Below are positions 24,136-37,145 of a DNA stretch of 56,863 bases, piece after piece; positions within the stretch are counted from its first letter, which is position 1, and each line of letters starts with the position of its first letter. Under the pieces are notes generated by a model. That model was not told the DNA's origin, did not search any database, and saw nothing but the letters and a program-made list of their open reading frames with translations. A program made the position numbers and the translations under genes. Source of the DNA: Chiloscyllium plagiosum (lineage: Eukaryota); assembly GCF_004010195.1 (NCBI RefSeq), contig NC_057750.1:1607032-1663894 (forward strand), written 5' to 3'.

Positions 24136-25423
24136 TGTTCATTGTGTTTGGCAAGTTGACTTGCTGAGTTTGTTCGAGCACGTGAATGTGGGCTTTGATC
24201 CTGATCTGAGGGGTGTCCCTCAGCTCTACACTCACTCCCCATTGGGTACAGCCATCACTGTCAGAGAGCTGACACCATCCAATCACAGCTTTTTCCCAGG
24301 CAATTCTGGAGAAAGAGAGTGGGTGCTGCTCGGTGTCCAGCCCAAATTCCCAAAGTTCGTAATCCGGACGCAGCCAGACAACACAGACGCTGGGTGAAAT
24401 GTGGAAATTAAGCAACCAGGAGGGAGCATTGCACAGAGCACAAGCCTCACAAAGTCCTCACTGATGCTTCAATCATTTTCCTACATTTCTTGTGCAAACC
24501 ACCCCCCACCTTCACACCCAGCCTCACTTGAACAAGCCAACTCTTCTGACCCAGCAGACCCAGCTCACAGGGGAATGCTAACCACCCAGTAACTGTTGCC
24601 CAGGTCCTACCCAGTATTGGACACTCACAGGGACAGTCATTCCCCTCCCCCCACAGTCCCAGCAAGTAGCACAGTGTAGGCCACACTCCCATGAACCCCA
24701 CCATCACTCTCAGTCACTGCACACAGTCACAGTCGAACCATTGGCCAGGATCCCCTCCCTCTCCCTCTCCCTGTGCCCCAGCTTCCACCCACCATCACTG
24801 CGATCCCACCGGGAGAAATATCCAGAAGTGGTACAGACCTGATGGGCTGAAGGGCCTTTCTGCTCTGTAGGATTCTCTGATTCTAAGCCCCACCATCTGA
24901 GGACGAGGGGACTTAAAGCTGAGGGAAAGCATCAGCAAGGCTGCCCCCTTCACCACCACCTTCCCCTCTCCCTCCACCCCTAGCCCACCATCCACCCGAA
25001 ACCTCAGGGGGAACCAATGACATGGGACCTCAGTGTGACACCTCCTCAGCTGGCCAAGGGCAAGGAAACCCGGGGCGCTGGCATTGGGAGGATTGTCAGA
25101 GATCAGGCACCTGCTCAGCGCCAGGCAGGAGGGAGGGGAGCCCGGGCTGTCAGTGACTGCACAGGGAAACACAGGAGCAACATGCAGCGCTATGTGGGGC
25201 AGAATGGCCCTCGCTGCCCAGACCCCTGTGCCCCAGCTGTCTGCTCCCGTTGTCATGCAGACCCAGGCTCCATGCCCTGAGGGCCTTCTGGAGAGGTACA
25301 CAAGCCTGCACTCCATCGGCCTGGACAATGGCCCTCAGGACCAAATGCATGGCTATCCAGGAGGCATCCAGCTGTACGGTGGGACCACATACAGGACTCC
25401 CTCCACAAAGAGGGTCACCATTC

Positions 25424-26189
25424 AATCCAAGTAAGGTCAATCCGAGCAAGATCAATCCGAGCAAGGTCAACCTGAACAAGGTCAACCCAAGCAAGGTCAA
25501 CCTGAACAAGGTCAACCTGAACAAGGTCAATCTGAGCAAGGTCAACCTGAGCAAGGTCAATCCGAGCAAGGTCAACCTGAACAAGGTCAATCCGAGCAAG
25601 GTCAACCCGAGCAAGGTCAACCTGAACAAGGTCAACCTGAGCAAGATCAACCTGAGCAAGGTCAACCTGAGCAAGATCAACCCGAGCAAGGTCAACCTGA
25701 ACAAGGTCAATCCGAGCAAGGTCAACCTGAACAAGGTCAACCTGAGCAAGGTCAACCCGAGCAAGGTCAACCCGAGCAAGGTCAACCTGAGCAAGGTCAA
25801 TCCGAGCAAGGTCAACCTGAACAAGGTCAACCTGACCAAGGTCAACCTGAACAAGGTCAACCTGAGCAAGGTCAACCTGAACAAGGTCAACCTGACCAAG
25901 GTCAACCTGAGCAAGGTCAATCTGAGCAAGGTCAACCTGAGCAAGGTCAACCTGAACAAGGTCAACCTGAGCAAGATCAACCTGAACAAGGTCAACCTGA
26001 GCAAGGTCAACCTGACCAAGGTCAACCTGAGCAAGGTCAATCTGAGCAAGGTCAACCTGAGCAAGGTCAACCTGAGCAAGGTCAATCCGAGCAAGGTCAA
26101 CCTGAGCAAGGTCAACCTGAGCAAGGTCAACCTGAACAAGGTCAACCTGAGCAAGGTCAATCTGAGCAAGGTCAACCCGAGCAAAGTCA
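25424..26189. repeat. 15-bp minisatellite (CAAGGTCAACCTGAG)n, about 51 copies
   Basis: Visible; no indels, so 5-aa periodic ORFs run through on both strands. Confidence 0.97.
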
Positions 26190-27119
26190 GTCTTGTCTTT
26201 GGCAAGAGCAGCCTCAACAAGTCTGGGACATTCAGACACCAGCGCCCCGGGGGGCCAAATGGTCAATCCTGCAGGAAGCTATCCTCCCTGCTACCCACAG
26301 CTACAGAACCAGGGAATACACTAATGGACGGTAGGAGAGAGACAGAGATGCAATGTCATTGAGGCACTTTGGTGCCATGGGTGAACCTGGTACTGGGTAC
26401 GCTAGTCTGAGGTTCTGGATAAACATTCCTGATATTATGTGGTTATGAGCCTCCCTGTGTTAGCAATAACTTCACCTTCCTACCATCCAACATCCCTGCA
26501 TGGATGGGGCTCCATGAATTGAGGTGAACGCACTACCTGGAAGCAAGGGGAACGACGTGTACAGAAGACATTGGGTCATAGTGATACCTATGTCCCACCT
26601 CACCTTACATCCCTCACATTGGTCTTGACACAAACAGAAAGATGTCAAACAGTAGTTGAGTGGTGGCTGAGTTGGATCGAAGAGCCTGTTTCTGTGCTCT
26701 GTAGCCCAGTCCAATCCACGTGGCACGGTCTGGGAGGGACTCCACCAAGCCGAGGTATTTCAGATGTTCCAGCAGGAGCTGGTGACGCCTTCTCACAGGC
26801 GATACAACAAGCAGATAGCAGACCACTTCCTGTGAAACATTAATGAGACAGCAGAGTGCATCATACCCACAATCAATATTTAAGCCATTTGATACTCCAA
26901 TTAAGGTGGTAATTCTATACGGATGTAAAAGGCAGGAACAATGATCAGCTCCAGCCTCAAGCAGTTTGAGAGTTCACTGTTGACAGTTATCTCCGGGATA
27001 CAAGTCCAACATATGTATTTTGTTTGATACAGAAAGAGCATTGAGTAATTTGATCAAGCTTTTATAGATCAGTCTATGTATCCTTAGATAATATTTTTAT
27101 ATAATTTAAGCATTATTGA

Positions 27120-27790
27120 ACTGATAGAGTCATTGAGTTTGTACACTACAGAAGAGGTCCTTCGGCTCATCATATCCTTACTGGCCATCAGACATCCATC
27201 TATTCTAATCCCATGCTCCAGTACTTGGCCTGTAGTCATCCATGTTATGGCATTTGAGGTGCTTATCTAAACAGCTCTTAAATGTTGGGATGGTTCCTGC
27301 TTCTACCACACTTTCAGGCAATGAGGTCCACATACCCATTACTCTCTGCGTATCCAAAATATTTTCCTCAAATCTTCTCTAAACCTCCGACTCCTTCCTG
27401 TTAAACTGCGCCCTCTGGTTATTGGCCCATCTACTCAGGGGAAAGGTCTCTCCAAAACTTAACTATGCTCCTCAGGACCTGGTATACCTCAAACAGATCA
27501 CCTCACCTCAGCCTTCTTTATTCACAGAAAAACACCCCTCATGTATTAACTAGATTAACTCAAGTGTTGATTCTTCATCTGCCAGAGGGCAGTGGAGGCC
27601 CACTCTCTGGATTCATTTAAGAAAGAGTTGGATAGAGCTCTCAAGGATAGTGGAATCAAGGGTTATGGAGATAAGGCAGGAACAGGATACTGATTAGGAA
27701 TGATCAGCCATGATTATATTGAATGGCGGTGCAGGCTCGAAGGGCTGAATGGCCTACTCCTGCACCTATTGTCTATTGTCTATTGTCATC
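27120..27790. mobile_element. Two CR1 3' fragments (minus 27120-27550; plus 27565-27787 with (CTATTGT)n tail)
   Basis: CR1 3' UTR words ggctcgaagggctgaatggcctactcctgc. Confidence 0.75.
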
Positions 27791-28209
27791 AGCGTCATCT
27801 AGACTGGAAATGTTCACTTCATCTGCCTGACCCACTGTGATCCCCAGCATGATTTGTTTTTAGTACAGATTCCAGCATCTGCAGTGATCTGCTCTGAAAT
27901 GATCCTCAACACCTTGGATCACCTGTCATTTCTCTGTCCTTGCTTTCTCAGACCCCATGCAGAGGAATGCCTCTCGTTGGGACTTGTTCCATCTCGGGAA
28001 CTGTCAATTCACATGAGCTCCTGCTTGTACAACTGCCCTAAAATAAACACAGCCCTACGCACTTCCCCCACTCACAACAAATCCTGTTCACCCATCCCCA
28101 CGTCATGGACCGAAGCAAAGGTGACGCCGGGAATCTGCGGCCCAGCATTGAGTTATCTCTCAGTAAGCATCAGCACCTGTCGAGGAGGACACTGCATTGT
28201 ATCGTGACA

Positions 28210-29600
28210 TTGCACTGCTGGCCAATGGGGTACAATGTGGTCAAGTGTGAAAGTGTCCATTTGAGCAGGAAGGATAAAGAAGTTTCACGTTATCGAAATG
28301 GTGAGGGGCTGGAGAGATCAGAGATGCAACGGGATCTGGGTGTCCTGGCGCATGAATCACAGAAGGGTGTGAAGCTTTGGAAAGAGTACAGAGGAGGTTT
28401 ACCAGGATGTTGCCTGGTATGGAGGGAAGGTCTCACAAGGAAAGGCTGAGGGACTTGAGGCTGTTTTCGTTAGAGAGAAGAAGGTTGAGAGGTGACTTAA
28501 TTGAGACATATAAGATAATCAGAGAGTTAGATAAGGTGGACAGTGAGAGTCTTTTTCCTCGGATGGTGATGGCTAGCACAAGGGGACATAGCTTTAAATT
28601 GAGGGGTGATAGACATAGGACAGATGTCAGAAATAGTTTCTTTACTCAGAGAGTAATAGGGGTGTGGAATATCCTGCCTGCAACAGTAGTAAACTCGCCA
28701 AATTTAAGGGCATTTAAGTGGTCATTGGATAGGCATATGGATGAGAATGGAATAGTGTAGGTCAGATGGGCTTCAGATTGGTTCCACAGGACAGCGCAAC
28801 ATCGAGGGCCGAAGGGCCTGTACTGTACTGTTATGTTCTATGTTTTATGTAGAAAGTTAGTCTACTGGAACATTAAATATTCAGGGAAACTCATGGAATG
28901 GTATGTTTCATTCAGCGGGGAATTAAATGCAAGAGGAGGGAGGTTATGTTCCAATTATACAGGGAATCAGTGAGAATTGTACTTACAGAAGGATTTTAAT
29001 GCATTAGAAGCATTTCAGAGAAGACCTCCTAGACTAATCCAAGGAACGAACAGGTGGCCTTATGAGGAAAGAGTAGACAGGCCAGGCCTGGGGCTTTGAA
29101 GAGTCAGGGGTGACTAAATTGACCAGGTGCATGTGAAAAAGGAGAATTCCGCTTGTGGGAGAGTCTAAAACCAGGGCTCACTGTTTAAAAATAAAGAGGA
29201 GCCATTTTAACAGAAGTGAGGAAACTTTTTTTTCTCTCAGAGGGTTGTGAGCCTTTGGAGCTCCTGCTGCAAAAAGAATATTGTAAATACTTCTAAGGAA
29301 GCCATGATGTGGAGGTGCCGATGTTGGACTGAGGTGGACAAGGTCAGGGGTCACTCGAAGCAGCAGTGCTCCGAAAGCTTGTGATTCCAAAGAAACCTGT
29401 TGGACTATGACCTGGTGTTGTATGCCTTCTGACCTTAAATATCTTGAAGGCAAAGGTAGTCGCTGATCCAGTGGATCGGATATTATCGGGGGGATCTGGA
29501 GGAATGGAGAGCACGGGTTAAAATCAGATCAGCTACCATCTTATTGAATGGGCCAGCAGGCTCCGAGGGCTGAATGGCCCCCTCTGGTTCCCTGTTTGTA
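28210..29600 (+). mobile_element. Old CR1 fragment with a younger CR1 3' end nested at about 28366-28850
   Basis: ORF 28377-28760 LERVQRRFTRMLPG...FSLERRRLRGDLIETYKI...RGHSFKL...FFTQRV; (ATGTTCT) tail; family-B Penelope-like fragment at about 29305-29440. Confidence 0.9.
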
Positions 29601-30074
29601 TGTTTATAGAAACTCCAACAAATTTGAACAACTCACCCCATTAACAGTAAAATGATTATAATTTCTTTCGCCCTGTTCTAACCTGACTAGGAACAATGAT
29701 GCAGATTGAAGTAAACAGGAGAGCAACCTCCACACTGAGGCGAGGTGAAATATCAGGCAGTAAAAAAAGAAACTTCCATCCTGAGTAATGTTCTGACATG
29801 TAATCCAAGGCACTGAAAGCAATTTAATAGCACAGATCCTCAAAGGGCATCAAGATAATGGACTGTGAAATTGGGAGGTTATTTAATCGTCAGAGTGTTA
29901 ATAGTAAGTTGAGGGAGATGACACTGTGTCTATTGACCCTCCATCTCATTCGTTACAGACGGTTGTTAAAAGGACATTGAAACAATCAGGAACACAGCAA
30001 TTTCCACCAGCTTGGAACAGGTTCTCTACTCAGCAACCGAGAGATGTCAGTGCATGGGAGATATGAGACCCTCC

Positions 30075-30465
30075 CAAAACAGGGTTAGATACAAAGCAAA
30101 GCTCCCTCTGCACTGTCCCCCATCAAACACTCCCAGGACAGGGACAGCACAGGGTTAGATACAGAGTAAAGCTCCCTCTACACTGTCCCCCCCATCAAAC
30201 ACTCCCAGGACTGGGTCAGCACAGGGTTAGATACAGAGTAAAGCTCCTCTACGCTGTCCCCCCACTAAACATTCCCAGGACAAGGACAATGTTGGGTTAG
30301 GTACAGAGCAAAGCTCCCACTACACTATCCCCCATCAAGCACTCCCAGGACAGGGACAGCACGGGGTTAGATACAGAGTAAAGCTCCTCTACACTGTCCC
30401 CATCAAACACTCCCAGGGCAAAGACAGCATGGGGTTAGATGTAGAGTAAAGCTCTCTCTACACTC
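30075..30465 (+). repeat. About 68-bp tandem repeat, 5-6 copies
   Basis: gggttagatacagagtaaagctccctctacactgtcccccatcaaacactcccaggacagggacagcac; same family inverted at 38065-38325. Confidence 0.9.
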
Positions 30466-30849
30466 CCCAGTTTTTGGCAGCAATCTACGTATTTAATTCA
30501 TAGTGTGAAGCACCTTGGGAGTAGTGAGTGACTTTATTGAAATGGCTATGCCTCAGCTGATGGCATGAGCCTATAGTGATTGAATAACCAATTGTGAAGG
30601 TATCCCCCGAAGGATGACCTGCATTATTACAGAGTTGGACCGAGTCCCAGCGTGGAATTGAAGCGAGAGTCTCCAGGAGGAAGAGTCAGTGAAACATGTT
30701 GGTTCAGAACTGGGTCTGAAAAGACTTTTTCACAAAATTGTCATTGAACGCATTGTCTAAGATGTGCTGTTTCTTTCCCTTCTGTTTCTGTGTGTTGTTC
30801 TTGTGATATATTTGAAAATGGAAGAGTTAGCTATCCCACTAATCATCAC

Positions 30850-31275
30850 AGATGGTTTGAGTTATAAGGAGAGGCTGGATAGGCTGGGAGTTTTTACCCT
30901 GGAGTGTACAGTGACCTGAAAGAGGCTTATAAAATCATGGGGGGCATTGATAGGGTGAATAGCAAAGGGTTTTTTTTTTCCCCAGGGGTGGGGAGTTCAA
31001 AACAAAAGGGCAAACTTTTAAGGTGAGAGAAGAAAACTTTAAATGAACAGCAACTTCTTCACACAGAAGGTGTTTGTGTGTGAAATGACCTGTCAGAGGA
31101 AATGGTGGATGCAGGTACAACTGTGATATTTAAAAGACATTTGGACAGGTACATAGATGGGAAAGGTTTAGAGAGATATGGGCCAGACACAGATAAAAGG
31201 GAGCAGTTTAGGTTGGGATAACTGGTCAGCACGGTGAGTTGGATTGAAGGGCCTGTTTCTATGCCGTATGATCAT
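30850..31275 (+). mobile_element. CR1 3' fragment
   Basis: agttataaggagaggctggataggctggga...cttcacacagaagg...gaagggcctgtttct. Confidence 0.8.
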
Positions 31276-33749
31276 GGCTTGATGTCCATTTCAACTCATC
31301 CTGAGAAAGAGAGAGCAAATATATCAGAATGAGCTTTATTGTCACGTACTCAAAAGTGCAGCAAAGGTACAAATAAGATAGCACAGTATCTTGGTACAAA
31401 GCAGAAGAATAAAGAAAAAATTGTTAAAAAGTTAAATATTACAGTCTCTCCTTTTACTAGAAAGTAGAAAAATAGTGAAACATGACAGAGAGAGAGAAAT
31501 AAGAAAGAAAGAAAGACAGACAGACAGACAGATGAAAAGAGAAATGGACGGAGATATGAATATCCAGACTTTCATGGGATAGAAATGAGATCAGGAAACG
31601 CTGGAGAATCTCAGCAGGTGTGGCAGCTTCTGTAAAGAGAAGCAGAAATGTTTCTTCAAAATTGGAACATGGATCCTGGTCTCAGAACATGAGCTCTGAG
31701 TCTCTCTCCACAGAAGCTGCCCAGAGTTACTGAATTTCCCCAGCACTTGTTATTTTATTTCAGATTTCCAGCATCCACAGTATTTTACATTTAGCAAACG
31801 TGGATAGATGGACTCATCTGAGATGTTTCTGATAAAATCAACAGGAATTGCCTCTGATTGAAAAGAACAAAAATACACCGATTAGAATTTTGTTCAGGAA
31901 ATGGACAGGCCACTCTGGCTCCAATAGATGTAATCCAAACAGTCTGTAATCACGAGAATAGATACGCCAATACTTCAGGGGCATAAAGAGACATAAAAGT
32001 TAGAGTGTCACTGACCCTGTATAGATCCGTCAGTATCTGGTTCCCTGATGATGCTGCTTATATATCACACAGCCTGCCTGGCATTTGTTATTTCAAAGTA
32101 AATACATTCTCCCAGTCCTTGGCCAGGCACATTTCATGACCATTTGATTAACATTTAGATTATTTTAAGCAGAAAGACAGCAAGGTTTTTGCGTTTTCCC
32201 CTCAGTACCTTTCCCAGTTCCTTGCTTCTGCTCCAAGGTTCCACCATCTTTTGAGAAATATGATGTGGAGGTGCCAGTGTTGGACTGGGGTGGACAAAGT
32301 CAAAAGTCACATGATTTCAAATAAATCTGTTGACTATAACCTGGTGTCGTGTGACTTTGGACTTTGTTGAGAAATAGCACAATGTAAAATGGGTCTGCAC
32401 TGACTTGGGCTCATTTAGACCCAAAAACCCATTCCCAAATTTGATATTAATTGAGTATCGGTTGCTCAGAGGCCGTGTGAAGGCTGGTGTGGGGTTTACG
32501 TTGGCAGAGTAGGGGTATGATTCTGAGATTGGGAGGACTGGCCAGCATTGTTCAGTATTATCGTACAATAGAGAGTTCACTACACAATCGCAGTCCATAT
32601 TGGTGCTTGTTGGCATCACTGGGGGTCAGAGATAGACAGAGTTGGACCATTGAACTCACCAATTGCACCATAGGCAGCATAAAGGCTCATGCAGTAACTT
32701 AACTGCAAAGTGCTGGGAAGTGGGATCAGTGTGGATAGGTTGGCGCAGATTTGATGGGCCAAAGGGCCTCTTCTGTATGAGTCAATGATTCTATATCTAT
32801 GTCTATGTTTGATTGCAGAGCTATTGTCAGAGCAAACACAGATTTCAGGAGTGCCAGCTATTTCTTGGATTTCAAGCTCAAATATCCATTTCAAATGTAG
32901 ACATAAAGAAAGGCCAGAAAGACATTCCTGCATTTATAAAGTGCTTTTCACAAAGGGTGAAGACATGAAGGCATTTCAACCTGAGGGTCAGAGATACTGA
33001 GACAGTGTCAAATGAAAGGCCAGGGTGATGGGCGAAGGGGGGTGGGGCTGAGGTGGAGTACAGGTAGCAGAGTTCTGGACTGGGTTGGAGTTGATGTCGC
33101 TGGTTGCGGTGAGAACAGCCTCGGAAAGCACTGGAGTAGTCGAACCTGGAGGTGACAGAAGAGTTGGTTTCAGCGTACTGAGACAGGGAGGAAGCAGGCA
33201 GTGAAGACAAGCTGGTCAAATACAGTCACTATGCTGGACAGAATTCAGACTTGGGGAAACTCAGCTCCATTCTAGTCTGGGAAGGCCCGGGACAGCAGCA
33301 CCGGGAGCAGGATGAGTGAGGAGGGAGCAGGTGCCTGGGAGAAGCGAACGTGTTTGCTCTTCCTAATGTTTGCAGCTTGATGAAGGAATAGAGAATGAGC
33401 ACAGAGCAGGAATCTGGCATCGAGATAGACGACCTCAAGTAGGATCGAAGGTTTGAGTGACCAACTTCTGTTCCTAGGTCCTAAGCTATTTATGCTTCTA
33501 AGCATTCATCCAATTATTCTATTTCTCTTCAATTATTGCTATCTGTTTCCATTTCAGTTGTCTCTTCAAAAAGTCACCACTTTGCAATTATGCTCCGCCA
33601 TCACAGGATAAATGAGTCAGAGATATTTTCGGGCTGTGGGTTTGTACCCACGAGGAGCTAAGCTGAAAAAACACAGGGCTATCAGAGCAGTCATTGAAAG
33701 GAGATTCCCAACCCTTTAGCTGTTGACGGATTCCGACTTGGGTCAGTGC

Positions 33750-34685
33750 GGCCTGGAGTCAGGTGATAGTGCAGCCTGAAGTTGAGTCTCAGTGCGGCCT
33801 GAGACGAGGCCCGGTGTAGCCTGAAGCCGAGGCCCGGTGCAGCCTAAAGCTGAGTCCCGGTGTGGCCTGGTGCCGAGACCCAGTGCAGCCTGAAGCCGAG
33901 GCCTGGTGTAGCCTAAAGCCAAGGCCCAGTGCAGCCTGAAGCCGAGGCCTGGTGCAGCCTAAAGCCGAGGCCTGGTGCAGCCTAGAGCTGAGAACTGGTG
34001 TGGCCTGAAGCCGAGGCCCAGTGCAGCCTAAAGCCAAGGCCCGGTGCAGCCTAAAGCCGAGACCCGGTGCGGGGATGAAGCTGAGGCCTGGTGCAGCCTA
34101 AAGCCGAGGCCTGGTGCGGGGATGAAGCTGAGGCCCGGTGCAGCCTGAAGTCGAGGTCTGGTGCAGCCTAAAGCCGAGGCCTGGTGCAGCCTGGAGCTGA
34201 GAACTGGTGTGGCCTGAAGCCGAGGACCAGTGCAGCCTGAAGCCGAGGACCAGTGCAGCCTAAAGCCAAGGCCCGGTGCAGCCTAAAGCCAAGGCCCGGT
34301 GCAGCCTAAAGCTGAGGCCCAGTGCAGTCTAAAGCCGAGGCCAGGTGCGGGGATGAAGCTGAGGCCCGGTGCAGCCCAAAGCCAAGGCCTGGTGCAGCCT
34401 GAAGCCGAGGCCCCAGTGCAGCCTTACACTGAGGCCCGGTGCAGTCTGAAGCCAAGGCCAGGTGCAGCCTAAAGCTGAGTCCCAGTGCAGCCTGAAGCTG
34501 AGGCCCGGTACAGCCTGAAGCCGAGGCCCAGTACAGCCTGAAGCCGAGGCCCAGTGCAGCCTGAAGCCAAGGCCCAGTGCAGCCTGAAGCCGAGTCCCAG
34601 TGCAGCCTGAAGCCAAGGCCTGGTGCGGCCTGAAGCCGAGGCCCAGTACAGCCTGGAGCCGAGGCCTGGTGCAGCCTGGAGGCTA
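33750..34685. repeat. 23-bp GC/CpG-rich minisatellite (GTGCAGCCTGAAGCCGAGGCCCA)n, about 40 copies
   Basis: Visible. Confidence 0.95.
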
Positions 34686-35219
34686 AGTGCTAGCGTGGTC
34701 TGGGTTGGAAGACCATTGTTCAGAATTTTTATTTCTGCAACACTATTTTTTATTTCTCTATTCTTCTATGATCTTATAAGTGAAGAATCTGTACGTGGGT
34801 GCCTTTGTCCCTGTGATGGTGCCGTACGGGCAACTTGTAAGCTTTCCATTGCCCTCACTTGACCACATGTGACAATAAAGCAAATTTAATTAAATTAATA
34901 ATTATTTTCAAAATTATATGAAGTCACACATTATTTGTGAAATTATGATAATCAGCATTTGAACGCGTTGTTGTATTTCCAACAGTTTCTGTTTATGTTT
35001 CCATGTTTCAGTGTCAGTTGCCTGATTTACTTTCTAATTCAGAATCCTTTCCCTCTGAATAATGACTTTGTTTGTAGCCTGAATGCAGTAGTTGGATGAG
35101 ATGAATATTCCAGGCTTTTGGGAGGGACAGGAGTACGTACAGGCATTGTCTTTCACTATTCCTTCACAACTTGGTATAAAAGGTCCTGTCACACACTTGG
35201 AGTGTGAAGATTCAAAGAG

Positions 35220-36245
35220 AGATACATTTGGGTCACACAAGTGCCAGGCAATGACCATCTCCAGCAATAGGCAATCTCACCATCGCCCCTTGACATTCAT
35301 TTGTATGACCATCACTGAATCCCGCACTATCAATATCCTGGGAGTTATCATTAAAATATCTCCCGAGAGACCGGTATCCCATCACAAGTCACCTTGTTTA
35401 ACACGTAGAGAGTCCCTGAAACTGATCCAGCTCCCTCAGAGCCAGCTCTCAGACTGAACAGAACACCTGACACTCTTGTTTTTACCTTTTACCTTACTCC
35501 TGTTTATATCTGTCAGCCAGGGCTCCCTGACTGGATCATATTAACAGCTCCAATCAGGGAACTCAGATTCTGTGAGATCCTCCAGGTTGACTTCATTGTA
35601 ATCACTACATCCATTTACCAGAAACTCTCCTGGACTAGCCATATAAATACACAGTGGCTTCAAGGGCAGGTCAGAGGCTGGGAATACTGTGGCAAGTAAC
35701 TCACCTCCTGACTCCCCAAAGCCTGTCCACCATCTACAAGGCATAAGTCAGGAGTGTGAGAGAATACTCCCCACTTGCCCTGGATGGGGGCAGCTCCAAC
35801 AACACTCAACAAACTCGACACCATCCAGGACAAAGCAGCCCCGCTTGATTGGCACCACATCCACAAACGTCCACTCCCTCCACCACAGACAGCAGCAGTG
35901 TGTATTATCTACAAGATACACAGCAGAAACTCGCCAAAGATCCTCAGACAGCACCTTCCAAACCCACAACCACTTCCATTGAGAAGGACAAGGGGCAGCA
36001 GATACATGGGAACACCACTCCCTGCAAGTTCCCCTCTGAGCCCCTCACCATCCCGACTTGGAAATATATCGCCGTTCCTTCAGTGTCACTGGGTCAGAAT
36101 CCTGGAATTCCCTCCCTAAGGGCATTGTGGGTCAACCCACAGCACATGGACTGCAGCGGTTCATTAAGGCAAATCACCCCCACCTTCTCAAGGGGGGAAC
36201 TAGGGACAGCCAGTAAGGTCCGCATTCCCATAAAAATACAAATGA
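35220..36245 (+). mobile_element. 3' part of a second CR1-group LINE (RT C-terminus and 3' UTR)
   Basis: LSTIYKA*VRSVREYSP...WMGAAPTTLNKLDTIQDKAA; homologous to minus fragments at 23215-23535 and 11715-11830. Confidence 0.8.
35352..35609 (-). mobile_element. Solo-LTR-like element inserted in the LINE
   Basis: Minus strand begins TGTAG, contains TATAAA; imperfect TSD atcat/tccat; LINE sequence resumes on both sides. Confidence 0.6.
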
Positions 36246-36618
36246 GAGTCCCTTGCTTTGGCATAGGGCTGTGTTATGGTAAAGACTATCAAATACAATA
36301 AGTCCCTGTGTGGACTGAGCTCATTCTGGTCATTAAACCAATAGGGTTTGAGTACCCATCTGTACCTGCCAAACAATGAACCGAATGTAAAATGGAGGCA
36401 TTTTCATCCCAGATCAGACAATTTGTTTTTCTCATGACATGAAAAATATTCAGACATTTATATCTAATATTATTCCCTTACTGTGAGGCAGAGGACAACT
36501 TATTTGTGGTATTATTGAGAGGTCCATTGAAAGACAGAGGAAGATCTGCCCTAGATCAGATTCACTTCAAAAAAATGCTCACAAACTCTCTCACGATTTC
36601 AATTATTTTGACCCATAC

Positions 36619-37145
36619 ATTTTTTTATATTTCAAAAATATACTTTATTCATAAAATACTTTAATGGTCTGTACAGTTGGACATGCCATACATATGTAAA
36701 CATTCCATTTGTTTGCATACTGAAACCAGAGTAATCATTCCTATTTACAGGTCTGTACAACTACATTTTTAGCTGAGGTGTCAGCGGAGCCCAAATGACT
36801 GCGCGGGCCCCCTGTTCTTCGTTCGGCAGGCAGATGTTACACAATGGTCTTTCCCCACCGCGCCTTGGCGGCATTGATGATCCTCCAGGCACAGTTGATG
36901 TTCGTCTCGGTGTGCGTCCCGGGGAACAGGCCGTAGAGCACGGAGTCCCGCGTCACGGCGCTGCTCGGGACGACCCCCGACAAACACCACTGCATTCCTC
37001 TCCAGACTTCTTCTGCGTAGGCACATTCCAGAAGGAGGTGTGTGACAGTCTCGTCCCCCCCGCAGCCGCTTCGAGGGCAGCGTGCGGCGCGGCCGAGAGT
37101 CCGGGCATGCATAAAGGATCTCACAGGCAGAGCCCTTCTCACCAC
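36619..37145 (-). mobile_element. 5'-truncated Tx1/L1-clade LINE (ORF2 C-terminal zinc knuckle and 3' UTR)
   Basis: CPRSGCGGDETVTHLLLEC (CCHC); AATAAA at 36649-36644; A-rich tail; perfect 19-bp TSD CAATTATTTTGACCCATAC at 36600-36618 and 37146-37164. Confidence 0.9.

Noticed and set aside
30075..30465. CRISPR-like regular repeats
   Set aside because: Head-to-tail units without unique spacers; vertebrate DNA; no cas genes
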